Part shown: piece after piece, positions 41,166 to 54,839 of the stretch
Layout: each line of letters starts with the position of its first letter
Numbering within the stretch: the first letter of the stretch is position 1
From: Octopus sinensis
Lineage: Eukaryota
Length of the DNA stretch: 64,000 nucleotides
Assembly (NCBI RefSeq): GCF_006345805.1
Contig: NC_042997.1
Coordinates: forward strand, 109,740,001 to 109,804,000
Direction of reading: 5' to 3'
Notes under the pieces: generated by a model
Databases searched by the model: none
What the model was told of the DNA's origin: nothing
The model's input: the letters and a program-made list of their open reading frames with translations, nothing else
Position numbers and translations under genes: made by a program

Positions 41166-41773
41166 TGCCTATACACCCTCCACCCCACCCTGCATCCCCA
41201 ATTTCATATCATTTTATTCCATTTTCTCGTTTATTCATGTTTCCATTTCTTCTCCCAGTTTCCGCCATCTTTCTGTCGGTAACTTCTCTTCCTCCATCCA
41301 CCATCAATTCCAGCTTCTATTCAAATATTTCTATACTCGTTGAATGCATCTTGTCAAGTTTGAAATTTCTTTTTAATCACTTGTATATACCCCCTTTTCT
41401 TTTCCATGCAGTGCTGCTGTTACTTGTCTTCCTCCTCCACCTCTCCTTACTCTCCTCCTTTTTATCTTACTCTCCACGTATACTCTCTTTTTCTTTTTCT
41501 TTTTTTTTTCCATTTGTTTGTTAACATGTTTCTCTTTCTTTCCTTTTTTTCTTTAAAAAAAAATTTATATTAAGGCATCGTCTCTTGTCTTCAACAAATA
41601 TTCATTATTGACCTACAACGAAATTCTCCGAGGAATCTCTTTAGAATAGTTTGTTTGAAAGGACGTTAATGAAGTACCCTGTTTTACACGTGCAACCTAT
41701 CTCTCACTCTACCTCTCCGTCTCCCTCTGTGTGTATGTCTATATATACATACATATATATATATATATATAAT

Positions 41774-41811
<38 letters not shown>

Positions 41812-42081
41812 ACGCACATATATACTCCCACGTATTTATGCGCGTATGTAGATGATGGTGGGCGTCTGCCTGTTGCTAACATCATGGCGAGTGTTGTTCC
41901 TTTCTCACGTCTTCCACAAACATAAAATATAACTTTTAGCTTTATGTCGGATGTAAATGCATTCATACTTTGAAAGGTTTTCAAACCTGTTGGAATGTAT
42001 ATATGTCAGTGTGTACTTAATATTCAGGTGTGCACAAACGTACATGCATACACACATACATATATACATACACCCACAACT

Positions 42082-42130
<49 letters not shown>

Positions 42131-42393
42131 CTCATACATAATGCACACATTTTATGCATGCATATACGTGCGCACACACACACATTTACAGATATATGTA
42201 ACGCATGCAGGTGTGTTAGCGTTAGTGTAGTTTCAAATGTGATGTTAAAAGTGCTTAAAAGCCAAAACAATGCAAATTTCAAACAAAGGAGCGACAGCGG
42301 AACGAAAGATGACACAACAGCACTTTGCTGTATATATTTCAAAATTTCGGAGGAGTAAAGATCCCTTTCCCAAGAGATAAATGCAGAGAGAGA

Positions 42394-42442
<49 letters not shown>

Positions 42443-42659
42443 TGCACTAAACATAAGTAATGGCTAAAGGGTTGTTCACCGACGGAAATATTCACCAATC
42501 TGTTCGGTTTATGCTCTTTTCTGTGAGGTTTTCTTGTTGCCGGCATCATCATCACCAGAACCATCATCGACAACTCAGTCATCTTATATTTAGCATCATA
42601 GATAAGATGATGGTGATTGATAGAGCCGACGTTGGCATCATCGTCGTGATCATCATCTT

Positions 42660-42935
<276 letters not shown>

Positions 42936-43129
42936 TCTTTTTTTTCCAGCCAGTTTTTACCGTCTATATCCAACTAAAGATTGTAAATAGATAAACTGTC
43001 TACAGAAGTTGGACAAAAGTATTATAATTAAAAAATGATGATGTTGACATCATCATCATCATCATCATCATCCACCTCTCCCCTCTCTCTCTGTATATAT
43101 ACATATATATATATGTATGTATGTATATA

Positions 43130-43171
<42 letters not shown>

Positions 43172-43606
43172 GAACAAGTTGTGATTCATCGAGGATTGGC
43201 TGAAATATGTATTCTTGAATTGGCCTAATTGAACTTGCTTAACCCCGAAATGGACTTCGGAAATTACTTACGAAGGACGGAGGAGCGAAGCAGACATTCT
43301 TTCACTGAACGGCAGAAATTAGTCAATATCTTTAATAAATATACAAATAAATGGATATATAAATATCTATATAAATATATTGGCAAATATAAATATATAA
43401 ATGAGAGAAAATTGGCCATTAAAGATCGAATGAGTTTATAATTGCGAAAGAGAAGAGATGATTAATATGACGATAATTAATAAAGAATTAGAGGGGGAAA
43501 TCTTTTCTTTTTCTTTTTGCAGGCATATAGAATAGCAATCGCCCATTAGAATGTGGGCGGGGGTTATCCATAAAAATTTGGCATGCATTCGTATATGTGT
43601 TTGTTA

Positions 43607-43645
<39 letters not shown>

Positions 43646-44244
43646 ATATATAACAATATGCACGCACAGAAAGTAACACATACGCACACACATATTTCAG
43701 TTGTTAATTATGGACGCATGGGAAAGTCTTGCGTGCGTCTGGTGATATTGATGACTCCATGTAAACGTTTGGTTCTTCGATATCGAAAAGTATGGCTTCT
43801 TATTGCTTCCAGTGCCAATATTTCTATTTGCTCCGTTTGCTCTCTTCTCTCTGATTGCATCGCTCCACCAAAATAGTCACTTCCGGTTTAAACAAAAACC
43901 TTAAACGCTATCTACTCATTGAACTTTGATGAGTGTATTTTGGTGGCTGGAAGTGGTCGGTGGAATTGCAGCAAAACGAGTGTGCATGCACTGAGTAGTA
44001 GTAGTAGAAGTAGTAGTAGTAACAGCAGCAGTAATGATTCCGACTCAAGTTATTGTGAGATAGAAGAATAGTGTCGGAAACATTACACGAAGAGCCATTT
44101 TATAGCGAAACTAAATGCTGTGACGATGAAATATCAAATACCACCGTCCTCACACTTCTACCACCACGTCCACCATCACTATCACCACCACCGCCACTAC
44201 TACTACTAATAATAATGATTATCATTATTATTCTCTTTTCTAAT

Positions 44245-44437
44245 ATAGGCACAAGGTCTGAACTTTGTGGGGAGGGGCCCAGTCGATCACATCAACCCCA
44301 GTACTCAACTGGTACTTAATTAATCGATCCCGAAACGATGAAAGGCAAAGTCGACCTCAGAGGAATTTGAACTCAGAACTTAAAGACAGGCGAAATGCCG
44401 CTATGCAGTTCGCCCGGCGTGGTAACGTTTCTGCCAG
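44245..44437 (-). mobile_element. SINE type B, short tail
   Basis: Homologous to 7990-8170. Confidence 0.82.
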
Positions 44438-44750
44438 GAAAAATTTGGAGCATGCGGACCCTAAAAGTCGTGCCTATAAAAATTGGTGCTTTGGGAACAG
44501 TAAGCCAAGATGTAGACGAATGGCTGAAGCAGATTGAGATAGAAGGACCGGTGGAGCTCCTACAGAAAGTTTGTCGCTTAGGGAGAGCAAGGATTATCAA
44601 GAAGGTTCTAAGCACTTGAAAGACTGATTGTGGATCCCTAAGATTACATGTAGTAACCCACATCCACATAAATACTTCCAGGAATAACACTGAACCTGAG
44701 CTGTTAATAATAATAATAATAGTAATAATAATAATAATGATAATGATAAT
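44437..44750 (+). mobile_element. R4/Dong-type RLE LINE 3' end with (TAA)n tail
   Basis: GKIWSMRTLKVVPIKIGALGTVSQDVDEWLKQIEIEGPVELLQKVCRLGRARIIKKVLST*, matching the VVPIVIGALGTV...LQKxxLLGTARILRKVL C-terminus; tail 44706-44750. Confidence 0.8.
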
Positions 44751-45364
44751 AAATTTGGTACAAAGCCAGCAATTTTGAGATGAAGGGGCAACGTAAAAAA
44801 TAAGAAATGATCTCAGGGCGTCAAGTCAAAATCTCTCCTTCTCTCTGTCACCCCGTCTCTCTCTCTCTATCTATCTATCTGATATATATATATATATATA
44901 TGTTATGTGTGTGTGTGATTGCACGTGTAAAATATCTGGCCAAAAAGTGATAGCAAAGAGGAACAGAAAAATGGAATATTGAATGCAAAAAAGCTAGTAA
45001 ATGTTATATTTATCGAAAAGTGAGGACTTCATTAATGGAGTTCGTCGTTTGCTGTTTCCGGTTTATCGTACGAAGACTGGAAATGCGAAAGGTTGAGAGG
45101 CGAATATCTTAAGGTGATGGGAGCGGACGACGAAAGAAACCTGGATATTCTCTACATAAAAAAACAGGCTATACAATCCCCTTTTCTTCCTAAATTCAAT
45201 AGGCCCAAGACCATATTTATCAATGTGTCCTGTTCTAAATCTGGTAAGCCGCAATAGGAGAGTAATTTAGCAGCTCCTTCTAGCAGGTCAAGTGACGGTG
45301 TAGAAGTTCCTTATATCGCTCGTGTAAAATTGTGTGAAAATACGTCGTAGCTTTTAATTTTTCT

Positions 45365-45767
45365 TTTATCTTTTACTTATTTCATCCACTAGACTACGGC
45401 CATGCTGGGGCATCACCTTGAAGAATTTTTAGTCCAATGACACGGCACCACTTCTATGTTTTTAAGCCTGGTAGTTATTCCATCGGTCATTTTTGCTGAA
45501 TCGTTAAGTTACGGGACGTAAATATACCAATGCAGGTTGTCAAACAGTGGTGAGGAATAAACTCCAGACACACACATTTACACAGATACACACATACTCA
45601 CACACATACGGTGGGCTTCTTTCAGTTTCCGTCTACCAAATCCACTCACAACGCTTTGGTCAGTCCGAGGCTATGGTAGAAGACACTTCCGGAAGGTGCC
45701 ACGCAGCGGGACTAAACCCGGTACCATGTGTTTGGGAAGCAAACTTTTTAGCACACAGCCACGCGCG
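45365..45767 (-). mobile_element. SINE type A, near full length
   Basis: Homologous to 3631-4013. Confidence 0.82.
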
Positions 45768-46264
45768 GTTGTTTAGCTGCTCTTTCTACCAGGTTAAGTG
45801 ACCCTATAGAAATTCCTTCCAGCGCTCGTGTAAAATTGTTTGAAAATATGTTACATGTTTGAGAAGTTAATAAAACAGTCAGACATCGCTATTTGACGAG
45901 ATGCAAATGGTGTTAAATAAGCGTTGACTATTTCCATCTGTCTACGTCATGTTGCGAAAGAATCAATGCTTCCATTACAGCTGCACATTCTTACTTCTCC
46001 ATCGGCAGCTGCATGGGAGAAATGATCGCTTGCACATGATGGATGGAGTTCTCTACAAATACCTCCATCTGACTAACAATGAAGCCAGCATCTTCGCTTC
46101 TCTGTATGTACGCGTGTGTGTATATATGTGTATGTATATATGTATGTGTGTATATACATATATATCATCTTTTGTTTCCTTTTCTGAGCGGCCAATAACA
46201 CAGTACTTGTTCCACGTCCTCACGTTACTTTTTCTTGCTTGTTCTTGTTTGGATTGCCTATATA

Positions 46265-46332
<68 letters not shown>

Positions 46333-46446
46333 ATATATATCTTATTGAATCATAAGATATATATATATGCTATTGAGGTTCTCATTTTGTTAAATGAATA
46401 AATAATCCAACAGTCTAATATCCGAAAGTTGATGAACAAACTAAAT

Positions 46447-47153
46447 TTGTTTCTCCATTTTCTTATTTGTATTATAAATTAATGGTAAAAATATTTCTTT
46501 ACCTTCACCCGTTTAATACAATAAATGAGTTAATTGCATTGCAATTAAAAACATTTATGTATTAAGAATATGGGTACTTTACCAACAGTATATTGGATAA
46601 ATACTATCCCATAGTGGGTTACACCCATAACCCCTGTCTTACTTTATATTATATATATATATACAAATTGAGATAGGGGTTGTAAATGCAACCCTCCATG
46701 GGATAACATATATCCAATATACTGCTAGTGAAGTACCCAACAAAGTTAATACATAAATGTTAAGAATTGCGATGCAATTAATTCATCTACTGTATTATAT
46801 GGGCAAAGGTAACATATTTTACCACAAATTCATAATGCAAAATAAGAAACTGGAGAAATACATCCCAATCAAATATCAACTACCAGATAATACCCAATCA
46901 CATACTTTATTAAACCACCACATAAGAAACTTTAAGGTCAAACATAATGATATAGAACAAAACAGTGTACATAAAGGAGTAATATGATACAATAAGTACA
47001 ATATGTATAAGAGAATATAAATATAAATAAATATAAATATAAACTACATCTTAGAGGTGTTTCGGCCATGGGTGGTTTAATAAAGTATGTGATTGGGTAT
47101 TATCTGTTAGTTCATATTTGATTGGGATGTATTTCTCCATTTTCTTATATTGT
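46447..47153. repeat. Chained double fold-back element (two overlapping inverted pairs), PLE-like
   Basis: 46447-46640 inverts to 46668-46861; 46838-46918 inverts to 47071-47153. Confidence 0.8.
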
Positions 47154-47566
47154 ATATATATATATATATCTTGTTTCAGTCATTAGACTGGGGCCATTCT
47201 GGGGCAACGACTTGAAGAATGTTATAATCGAATGAATGAACCCCCATATTTATATTTTTTATTCAGCCTTCTACTTATTCTATCGATATTTATTTGCCGA
47301 ACCGCTATGCATGTATGTATGTACGTATGTCAATGCAAATACGTTTCAAGAAAGAATTCTTATTCCTGCAGAATTAGCAGAACCGTTAGAACTTCGGGCC
47401 ATTAATGCTTCGCAATATTTGTTTTGTCTGTTTCTTTTTCCTTTCTTTTCTTTTCTTTTTTTGTTTTGTTATTAACATTGTGGTTTCAAATCTCACCCGG
47501 GTCAACTTAACCTTTCATTCTTCCCGGGGCGACAAAGTCGTAGTGAAGTTTGGTGTTCCGTGGGGT

Positions 47567-47569
<3 letters not shown>

Positions 47570-47608
<39 letters not shown>

Positions 47609-47720
47609 CTCTCTTTCTCTCTCTCTCTCTCTACTACTATTACTACTACTACTACTACCACCACCACCACCACCACCACCACCACTACTACCATCACCAT
47701 TACTACTACTACTACTACTT
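47570..47720. repeat. (CT)n-(ACT)n-(ACC)n compound microsatellite
   Basis: Direct reading. Confidence 0.95.
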
Positions 47721-47944
47721 TTTTCTTTATCTGACATGTGTTAAACATCGACTTTTATAAAGCCATGTAATTATATATGCGTGTGTATGTATATATGTGT
47801 GTATATATATATATATATATGTGTGTGTGTATATGTGTATATATGTGCGTGTGTATATATGTGTGTATGTTTGAGTGTTTGTGCGCGCGCTCACACATAT
47901 ACACATGCACACGCATATATATATATATATGCACACACATGCAT

Positions 47945-47983
<39 letters not shown>

Positions 47984-48610
47984 CACACACACACATATAC
48001 GGTCGCTCTCCTATACAATACATAACCTTTCCTTCCTAATTGTTAGCTTTCGGCGGTTGGGACAGTTTTTAGTAAATTTTCACAAATTACTTATATTTTC
48101 CTACTTTATACAAATAAACTGAAAAACATGAAAAACAAACACCGCCACCCCTTCTTTATAATCTGTTTCATATTTTGTAACCCCATTGTTCTCTATTTTT
48201 CTGCTTTGTTGAGATTGCAAACGCAAAAATTTTTAACCATTCATAAAAAAAAACTATTAGTAGGAATATTACAACGTCAATGGGAATCCTGGCTTTCATG
48301 GCACGGTTCCAAAAACCTTTGCAACAACTACACCTCACCCACCCTCTGTTTCTCTGTCTGACTCTCTCTCTCTCTCTCTCTCTCTTTCTCCTTCTTCCTC
48401 TTTAATATGTAACATTAGCCAGTCTGAAATGCAAGACTGGTGTAGGATACCATTGTTGCACGTGTTTTATTTACCTTCACAATTTCAAATTGTTAGAAAA
48501 GATATGATCAACGTATCAATAAAAAGACCAAATTTCGATTTCCAAACCACATGATTCCGGGTTCAGTCCTACTCTGTGGAATCTTGAGCAAGTATCTTCT
48601 ACTACACCGT

Positions 48611-48989
48611 GGCACTCCGTCGGTTACGTCGATGAGTGTTCCAGTTGATCCGATCAACGGAACAGCTTGCTCGTGAAATTAACATGCATATGGCTGAGTG
48701 CTCTACAGACACGCGTACTCTTAACGTAGTTCTTAGGGAGATTCAGCATGACACAGAGTGTGACAAGGCTGGACCCTTTGAAATACAGATACAACAGAAA
48801 CAAGAAGAAAGGGTGAGAGAAAGTTGTGGTGAAAGAGTACAGCAGGGTTCACCACCACCCCCTGCCAAAACTCACGGGGCTTTAGGTGTTTTTGCTCAAT
48901 AAACTCTCACAACTACCGGTCTGGGAATCGAAACCGCGATCCTACGACCGCGAGTCCGCTGCCCTAACCGATGGGCCATTGCGCCTCCA
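48611..48989 (-). mobile_element. SINE type C, full length, tail variant 2, inserted into a SINE type A
   Basis: Head tggaggcgcaatggccc; tail ...gacgtaaccgacggagtgcc; flanked by tcttcta on both sides. Confidence 0.88.
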
Positions 48990-49073
48990 CGTCTTCTATA
49001 GCCATAGGCTGCCCGAGACCTTGTGACTAGATATGGTAGATGGAAACTGCAAGAACTCTTCGTGCGCGCACGT

Positions 49074-49112
<39 letters not shown>

Positions 49113-49669
49113 CACACACACACATATACGGTCGCTCTCCTATACAATACATAACCTTTCCTTCCTAATTGTTAGCTTTCGGCGGTTGGGACAGTTTTTA
49201 GTAAATTTTCACAAATTACTTATATTTTCCTACTTTATACAAATAAACTGAAAAACATGAAAAACAAACACCGCCACCCCTTCTTTATAATCTGTTTCAT
49301 ATTTTGTAACCCCATTGTTCTCTATTTTTCTGCTTTGTTGAGATTGCAAACGCAAAAATTTTTAACCATTCATAAAAAAAAACTATTAGTAGGAATATTA
49401 CAACGTCAATGGGAATCCTGGCTTTCATGGCACGGTTCCAAAAACCTTTGCAACAACTACACCTCACCCACCCTCTGTTTCTCTGTCTGACTCTCTCTCT
49501 CTCTCTCTCTCTCTTTCTCCTTCTTCCTCTTTAAATATGTAACATTAGCCAGTCTGAAATGCAAGACTGGTGTAGGATACCATTGTTGCACGTGTTTTAT
49601 TTACCTTCACAATTTCAAATTGTTAGAAAAGATATGATCAACGTATCAATAAAAAGACCAAATTTCGAT

Positions 49670-50205
49670 TTCCAAACCACATGATTCCGGGTTCAGTCCT
49701 ACTCTGTGGAATCTTGAGCAAGTATCTTCTACTACAACCGTGGCACTCCGTCGGTTACGTCGATGAGTGTTCCAGTTGATCCGATCAACGGAACAGCTTG
49801 CTCGTGAAATTAACATGCATATGGCTGAGTGCTCTACAGACACGCGTACTCTTAACGTAGTTCTTAGGGAGATTCAGCATGACACAGAGTGTGACAAGGC
49901 TGGACCCTTTGAAATACAGATACAACAGAAACAAGAAGAAAGGGTGAGAGAAAGTTGTGGTGAAAGAGTACAGCAGGGTTCACCACCACCCCCTGCCAAA
50001 ACCTCACGGGGCTTTAGGTGTTTTTGCTCAATAAACTCTCACAACTACCGGTCTGGGAATCGAAACCGCGATCCTACGACCGCGAGTCCGCTGCCCTAAC
50101 CGATGGGCCATTGCGCCTCCACGTCTTCTATAGCCATAGGCTGCCCGAGACCTTGTGACTAGATATGGTAGATGGAAACTGCAAGAACTCTTCGTGCGCG
50201 CACGT

Positions 50206-50243
<38 letters not shown>

Positions 50244-50460
50244 GTATGTATATCTCTTCGTGTTTGTCTGTATTTGTCTTTCACCACTGCTTGGTAACCA
50301 TCGTTATGTTTACGTCCCCGTAACTTAGCGGTTGGACAAATGAGACGGATAAAACAAATACCAGGCTTGAAATAATGAGTACAGGGGTCGATTCGTGCGA
50401 TTAAATTTCTTGAAGGCGATACCCCAGCATGGCCGCAGTCTAATGACTGAGACAAGTAAA
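49670..50460 (+). mobile_element. SINE type A interrupted by SINE type C
   Basis: Head 49670-49736, body resumes at 50122, 3' half 50240-50460. Confidence 0.8.
49742..50121 (-). mobile_element. SINE type C, duplicate copy
   Basis: Duplicate of 48611-48989. Confidence 0.88.
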
Positions 50461-52122
50461 ATATGGAAGGTATTGCCGAGAGGAAGAAAAATCATTTTAA
50501 GCTTCGAATTCCTCGAATTGGGATCATCTGTATGAAGAATGGTTTGATTGGATTAAGCGTGAAGAGAATTGAGGATGCTTGGGTTCTTGAGAAGAATGGA
50601 GTTTGAAGAATGTTCAAGCATATGTGTTGGGTGTGTGGAGTAATGGAACGGTAGACTTGTTAGAAGAAATAAAAGATGGAGAGGAGGCTGAGTGAGTCTG
50701 CTTCTCGAATTTCTGGACACATAAATCTGAGTGGGGTTGACAAGGAGACCGACAAAGTGAAGTGTAACAGTGCCTCGTGGCCGAAACGGCTTTGTATAAA
50801 ATGGTTGAGTTACGTTCGGTTTGGATGTCTGCCAATTTTACCGTAAATAACGATGGACTGTGGAACATTTGTAACAAGCATTTAAAGCATTAATGAGGTG
50901 TATTGGGGCTAGAACCGACAGCTCTTATTTCATCAGGTAAAAGTTAGCAAAATTATGTTTGTCTAGATGCGTGGAGAAACGTTTGTTGGTGGTCTCCTCT
51001 TCCACAAAAACCATTTACAAATATCAATCCCGATTACCAAATGCTAGGAAAATATCACTACAAGTGTCTTGTGGAAGTCGCAAACTATCGTCTTTCGTTT
51101 ATTGGTGAAAAACGTTTGTGTTTGTATGACTGGCAAGATGTGCTTCGTTCTCTCTAAAAATAAGAGGAACGCAGCTTCGAGCTGGATGCTGTTGTTGTCA
51201 TTGGAGTGAATTGAGATAATCAAATCCATTTAAAATGAAATCAAATGGAAACATTTAATCAGCACAAGCTAAACTGTAAATTAATAACCTAGATTGGATT
51301 AAATAAATAAAAACAACAAAAAACAAAAATCGAATGCAAGGGAATAAGCAATGATGTCGCAGAAAAGTGGGGAGAGACATCACTGCGCTTTTTAGTTGCA
51401 ATCTCTCGCTTTTAAATGATTTATATTTCTGATTGTAGCTGCGTTGTTGGTCTCTTGAAATAGGAACAAGAATTGTGATCGTTGTCTCTTGAATTCTCCT
51501 TGTTTCCAAAACCTAATGTTCTGCTCTATCCCGACCCTTCCCTATCTTTTGCCGAGTGTCGGGGTAGGGGACAACGTAGTTAATCGCTATCATTGTGTGA
51601 CTGCTTCGGTAATAAACACTGGTTCGTCCCCTGCTCCATTCTAACGTTACTGTTAGTTCGCATCCTCCTCACCCCGCCCCTCCATCATGTGGGTGAGGTT
51701 GACTGGGACTCGGGTTCCTGACTCATGCATCTTCTATGAGTCATGCTTCTGTGAACTGATGTTATTTCTGGAACAATTTCTACACCAACGCCACACACAC
51801 GCACACATACACCAAGGAACCTACATACACACATACATCAACACCAAACACATACGCAAATGCATGCACTAAAGTGCAACCTCCATGTCTCTGCCTCCAA
51901 ACAAACATATGCACACACACACACACACACACATACATATAAACTATATTTTGTATATACAAAAATGTATGTATACTGCATCTAAGGGTATATGGCAGGA
52001 GATTCTCCGCGAACCTACAATATACAAGTATACACCAGATGAGCAAATACATTGAATGCGTAGGCACAAAGAACGTAAGCGCCACCCCCATTCCCTACTA
52101 CTACTACTACTACTACTACTAC

Positions 52123-52160
<38 letters not shown>

Positions 52161-52161
<1 letters not shown>

Positions 52162-52333
52162 GGCACCAAGAGGAATATGAAGGAAAGGTTTGCCTCCTTG
52201 GTACGGCAGGAATAATCGGGAATGTATTAGATAGATGAAAAGAACGGATAGCATGGTACCGTAGGCTATAGGTAGGGAGCCCGCTAAGCATGCAAGATTC
52301 CAAGAGCTCCAATAAAACCTGTAACATAAAGAG
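52161..52333 (+). mobile_element. R4/Dong-type LINE 3' end flanked by (TAA)n on both sides
   Basis: EGKVCLLGTAGIIGNVLDR*; (TAA)n at 52123-52160 and 52334-52359. Confidence 0.75.
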
Positions 52334-52359
52334 ATAATAATAATAATAATAATAATAAT

Positions 52360-52927
52360 CTGGTTTAGAAACAAGGCCAGCAATTTTAATTGATCCCAAT
52401 ACTTGAAAAACAAATTTGACTTCGGCATGATTTGAACTCAGTGCGTAATGAACTGTAATATATACAGCAAGACGCTTTAACGATTCTGCCAATGACGATG
52501 ATAGCTATCTATAAATAATTAATAATCAATGATAATCCTCCTAATTATATGCCTGAAATTATTGCGTTAAGGGATCAGTCGGTTACATCGACTCCAGTGC
52601 TTATTTCCTTATTTCGTCGACCCTGAAATAATGACTGGTAATGTCCACCTCAGTGGAATTTGAACTCAGAACATAAAGACGGACGAAATGACGCGAAGCA
52701 TTTTTCCCGGCCTGTTTAACGACTCTGCCAGTTTGTCGCCTTAAAGCTAATAATGATTTCAAAATTTTGTGACAAGAGCAGCTTGGGAGAGGGGATTAAA
52801 TCGATTACATCGATCTCAGTATTTCGCTGTTACTTAAATTATCGACCCCGGCGAAATTTGAACTCAGAACTCAGAACTGCTCAGCATTCCGCCCGGTGCG
52901 CTAATGATTCTGCCATCTTGCCGCCTT
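52360..52927 (-). mobile_element. Three head-to-tail SINE type B copies
   Basis: atttgaactcag..aacga(t/c)tctgcca motif near 52430, 52660 and 52860. Confidence 0.78.
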
Positions 52928-53119
52928 AACGCCTTAAAACTAATAATAAAATATGCTAATATCCCGCTCGGACTGTCACTATTACAATGACACAATTGAC
53001 CACGTCCTTTCCAGTTCCTAAATCCGACCATTTTCAGAGAGAGGATTGAACTGTTTGCTCTGTCTGCTGGGCAAAACACCTGTATCTTTCTATTCGTTCA
53101 TTCTGCCTAAAATACCACC

Positions 53120-53350
53120 TAGAAGAAGGTAAAGCGTCTGACAGATTTCAAAGAAATAGAAATTGAGATAACCGGGATGTGTAATATGAAAATGAAAACC
53201 AAAATAATAATGAGTGAAACCCTGGGTATGGTAATAAATATGGGAACCAAAATATAAAACCCATACCAAAGTTGACAACTTTACAAATAGTCGACGAAAT
53301 AGTCCTGCTCGGCGTAGCGCATAACCTAAGACACTTTCTCATTCCATTAG
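53120..53350 (+). mobile_element. Old R4/Dong-type RLE domain fragment, different subfamily
   Basis: EIEITGMCNMKMKTKIIMSETLGMV and IVDEIVLLGVAHNLRHFL resemble DLEIEIxRMWxxKTxxIPVIIGALGM and QKIVLLGTAHILRKVL. Confidence 0.55.
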
Positions 53351-53579
53351 TGCAACTGAAGAAGTAGGGAGGAGGTGTGTAGTCATTGCAGCGCTTCGTC
53401 CCTATACAACTAAGCTAACTTTGCCTCACTCCATTTCGGAGTCAATGAAATAAAGTACCAGTGATGCACTGGGGGTCGGTGTAATCGAATTTCTCCCTCC
53501 CCTCAAAAGTGTTAACCTTGTACCACGAAACAGCATCGTACAAACACATATTATGCACATCTCTCGCATACAAGATACC

Positions 53580-53840
53580 CGGATCTATACTGTACTTATT
53601 TGCACTTATGGTGACATTCACCCGGAATGGGTGGAGCCGGCTCCGACCAACGAATTCCCCATGTCCCTCACAAATGCAGACCTCATCCGATGATTGGCCG
53701 CAGTCAGATAACACAGACGCCGAAGGCGTAAGTTGTCATACGTTGTTGAGGGGTGGAGTTCATGTTCGGAATTTCAGTGGGAATACAAGTCCACATGTGG
53801 GTCCCCAGTCACATGCACACACACACTGTAATCCGTAGCA
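53580..53840 (+). mobile_element. Possible decayed LINE N-terminal fragment
   Basis: GDIHP resembles the GDIHxNPGP motif; downstream VSCHT...GGVH is PHD-like; frameshifted. Confidence 0.25.
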
Positions 53841-54384
53841 AATCATTCTACCGTCGAATATCGATCGTCGCAGAGGATTCGCTGACGAGGTTGCCGCCGA
53901 TTACTGAAGCAGATGTAGCTTGGGTTTAAAGCGGGTTCTCAAGACATGCTTTAGCAAAAGCTAAGGGCTGCCTCACTCTAGTGGTCTTCCAGTACGCCGG
54001 ACACCAGCCTGGAATTGCTAAGGGATCGTGTTATTGCAAGATTGTCGTTGAATCTACACAAGGTTCGTCCGATTTCTAACGCCATTAAGTCACTTGATAT
54101 TCTACTCTTGTGTCGCCCATTAATATTACACTGCCCCGTCCATACTTTACATCATTGCTTCTCAAGCTAGCTAATGTGACGTAAGGGCAGTTTTTTCCCC
54201 CAATGTGCCAGGAACCGGTAATATTTCTCAGTAATAATAATTTATACTGGAAACAACATATATAATGAATATAATAAATGTTGACAATTTTTAAAATCTT
54301 ATATTTTGTAAACAAATAATACAATGTTACATAAGCATTTTAGAATGTTTCTTTCTTTTCTGCAAACTCGCCGTGTACCAGCAG

Positions 54385-54439
54385 CTGATAGCTCACGGAC
54401 CAGCGCCGGTCCGGGGGACCACCACTTTGAGTAGCACTG
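54385..54439. mobile_element. hAT/Charlie-like MITE end
   Basis: ggtccgggggaccaccactttgagtagcactg resembles MER5-type termini; no partner end or TSD found. Confidence 0.4.
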
Positions 54440-54611
54440 GTCTACAGGACCAGTGATAACAAAGCACTCAACATCACTCACACAACATGAAAGCAAATTC
54501 AATCCAGTAATGCAACACATCATATATTTTAGAGGACAAAACACTAATATAACATTAAAAAATGTCTCACAAAAGGCAAGATTGATGTTGTATATATAAA
54601 CCCACAAACGC

Positions 54612-54839
54612 AGCGAGCTGACAGAAACGTTAGCGCGCCGGGCGAAATGCTTAGCAGTATTTCGTCTGTCGTTACGTTCTGAGTTCAAATTCCGCCGAGG
54701 TCGACTTTGCCTTTCATCCTTTCCGGGTCGATAAATAAAATACCAGTTTCGCACTGGGGTCGATATAATCGACTTGATCCCTTTGTCTGTCTTTGTTTGT
54801 CCCCTCTATGTTTAGCCCATTGTGGGCAGTAAAGAAATA
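54612..54839 (+). mobile_element. SINE type B, long tail
   Basis: High similarity to 7944-8175. Confidence 0.9.

Larger units (their letters stand above)
47945..50240. repeat. Near-identical tandem duplication, unit about 1.13 kb
   Basis: Offset is 1129 at ggtcgctctc (48001/49130) and 1132 at cgtgcgcgca (49061/50193); duplicated ORFs in the track. Confidence 0.97.
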
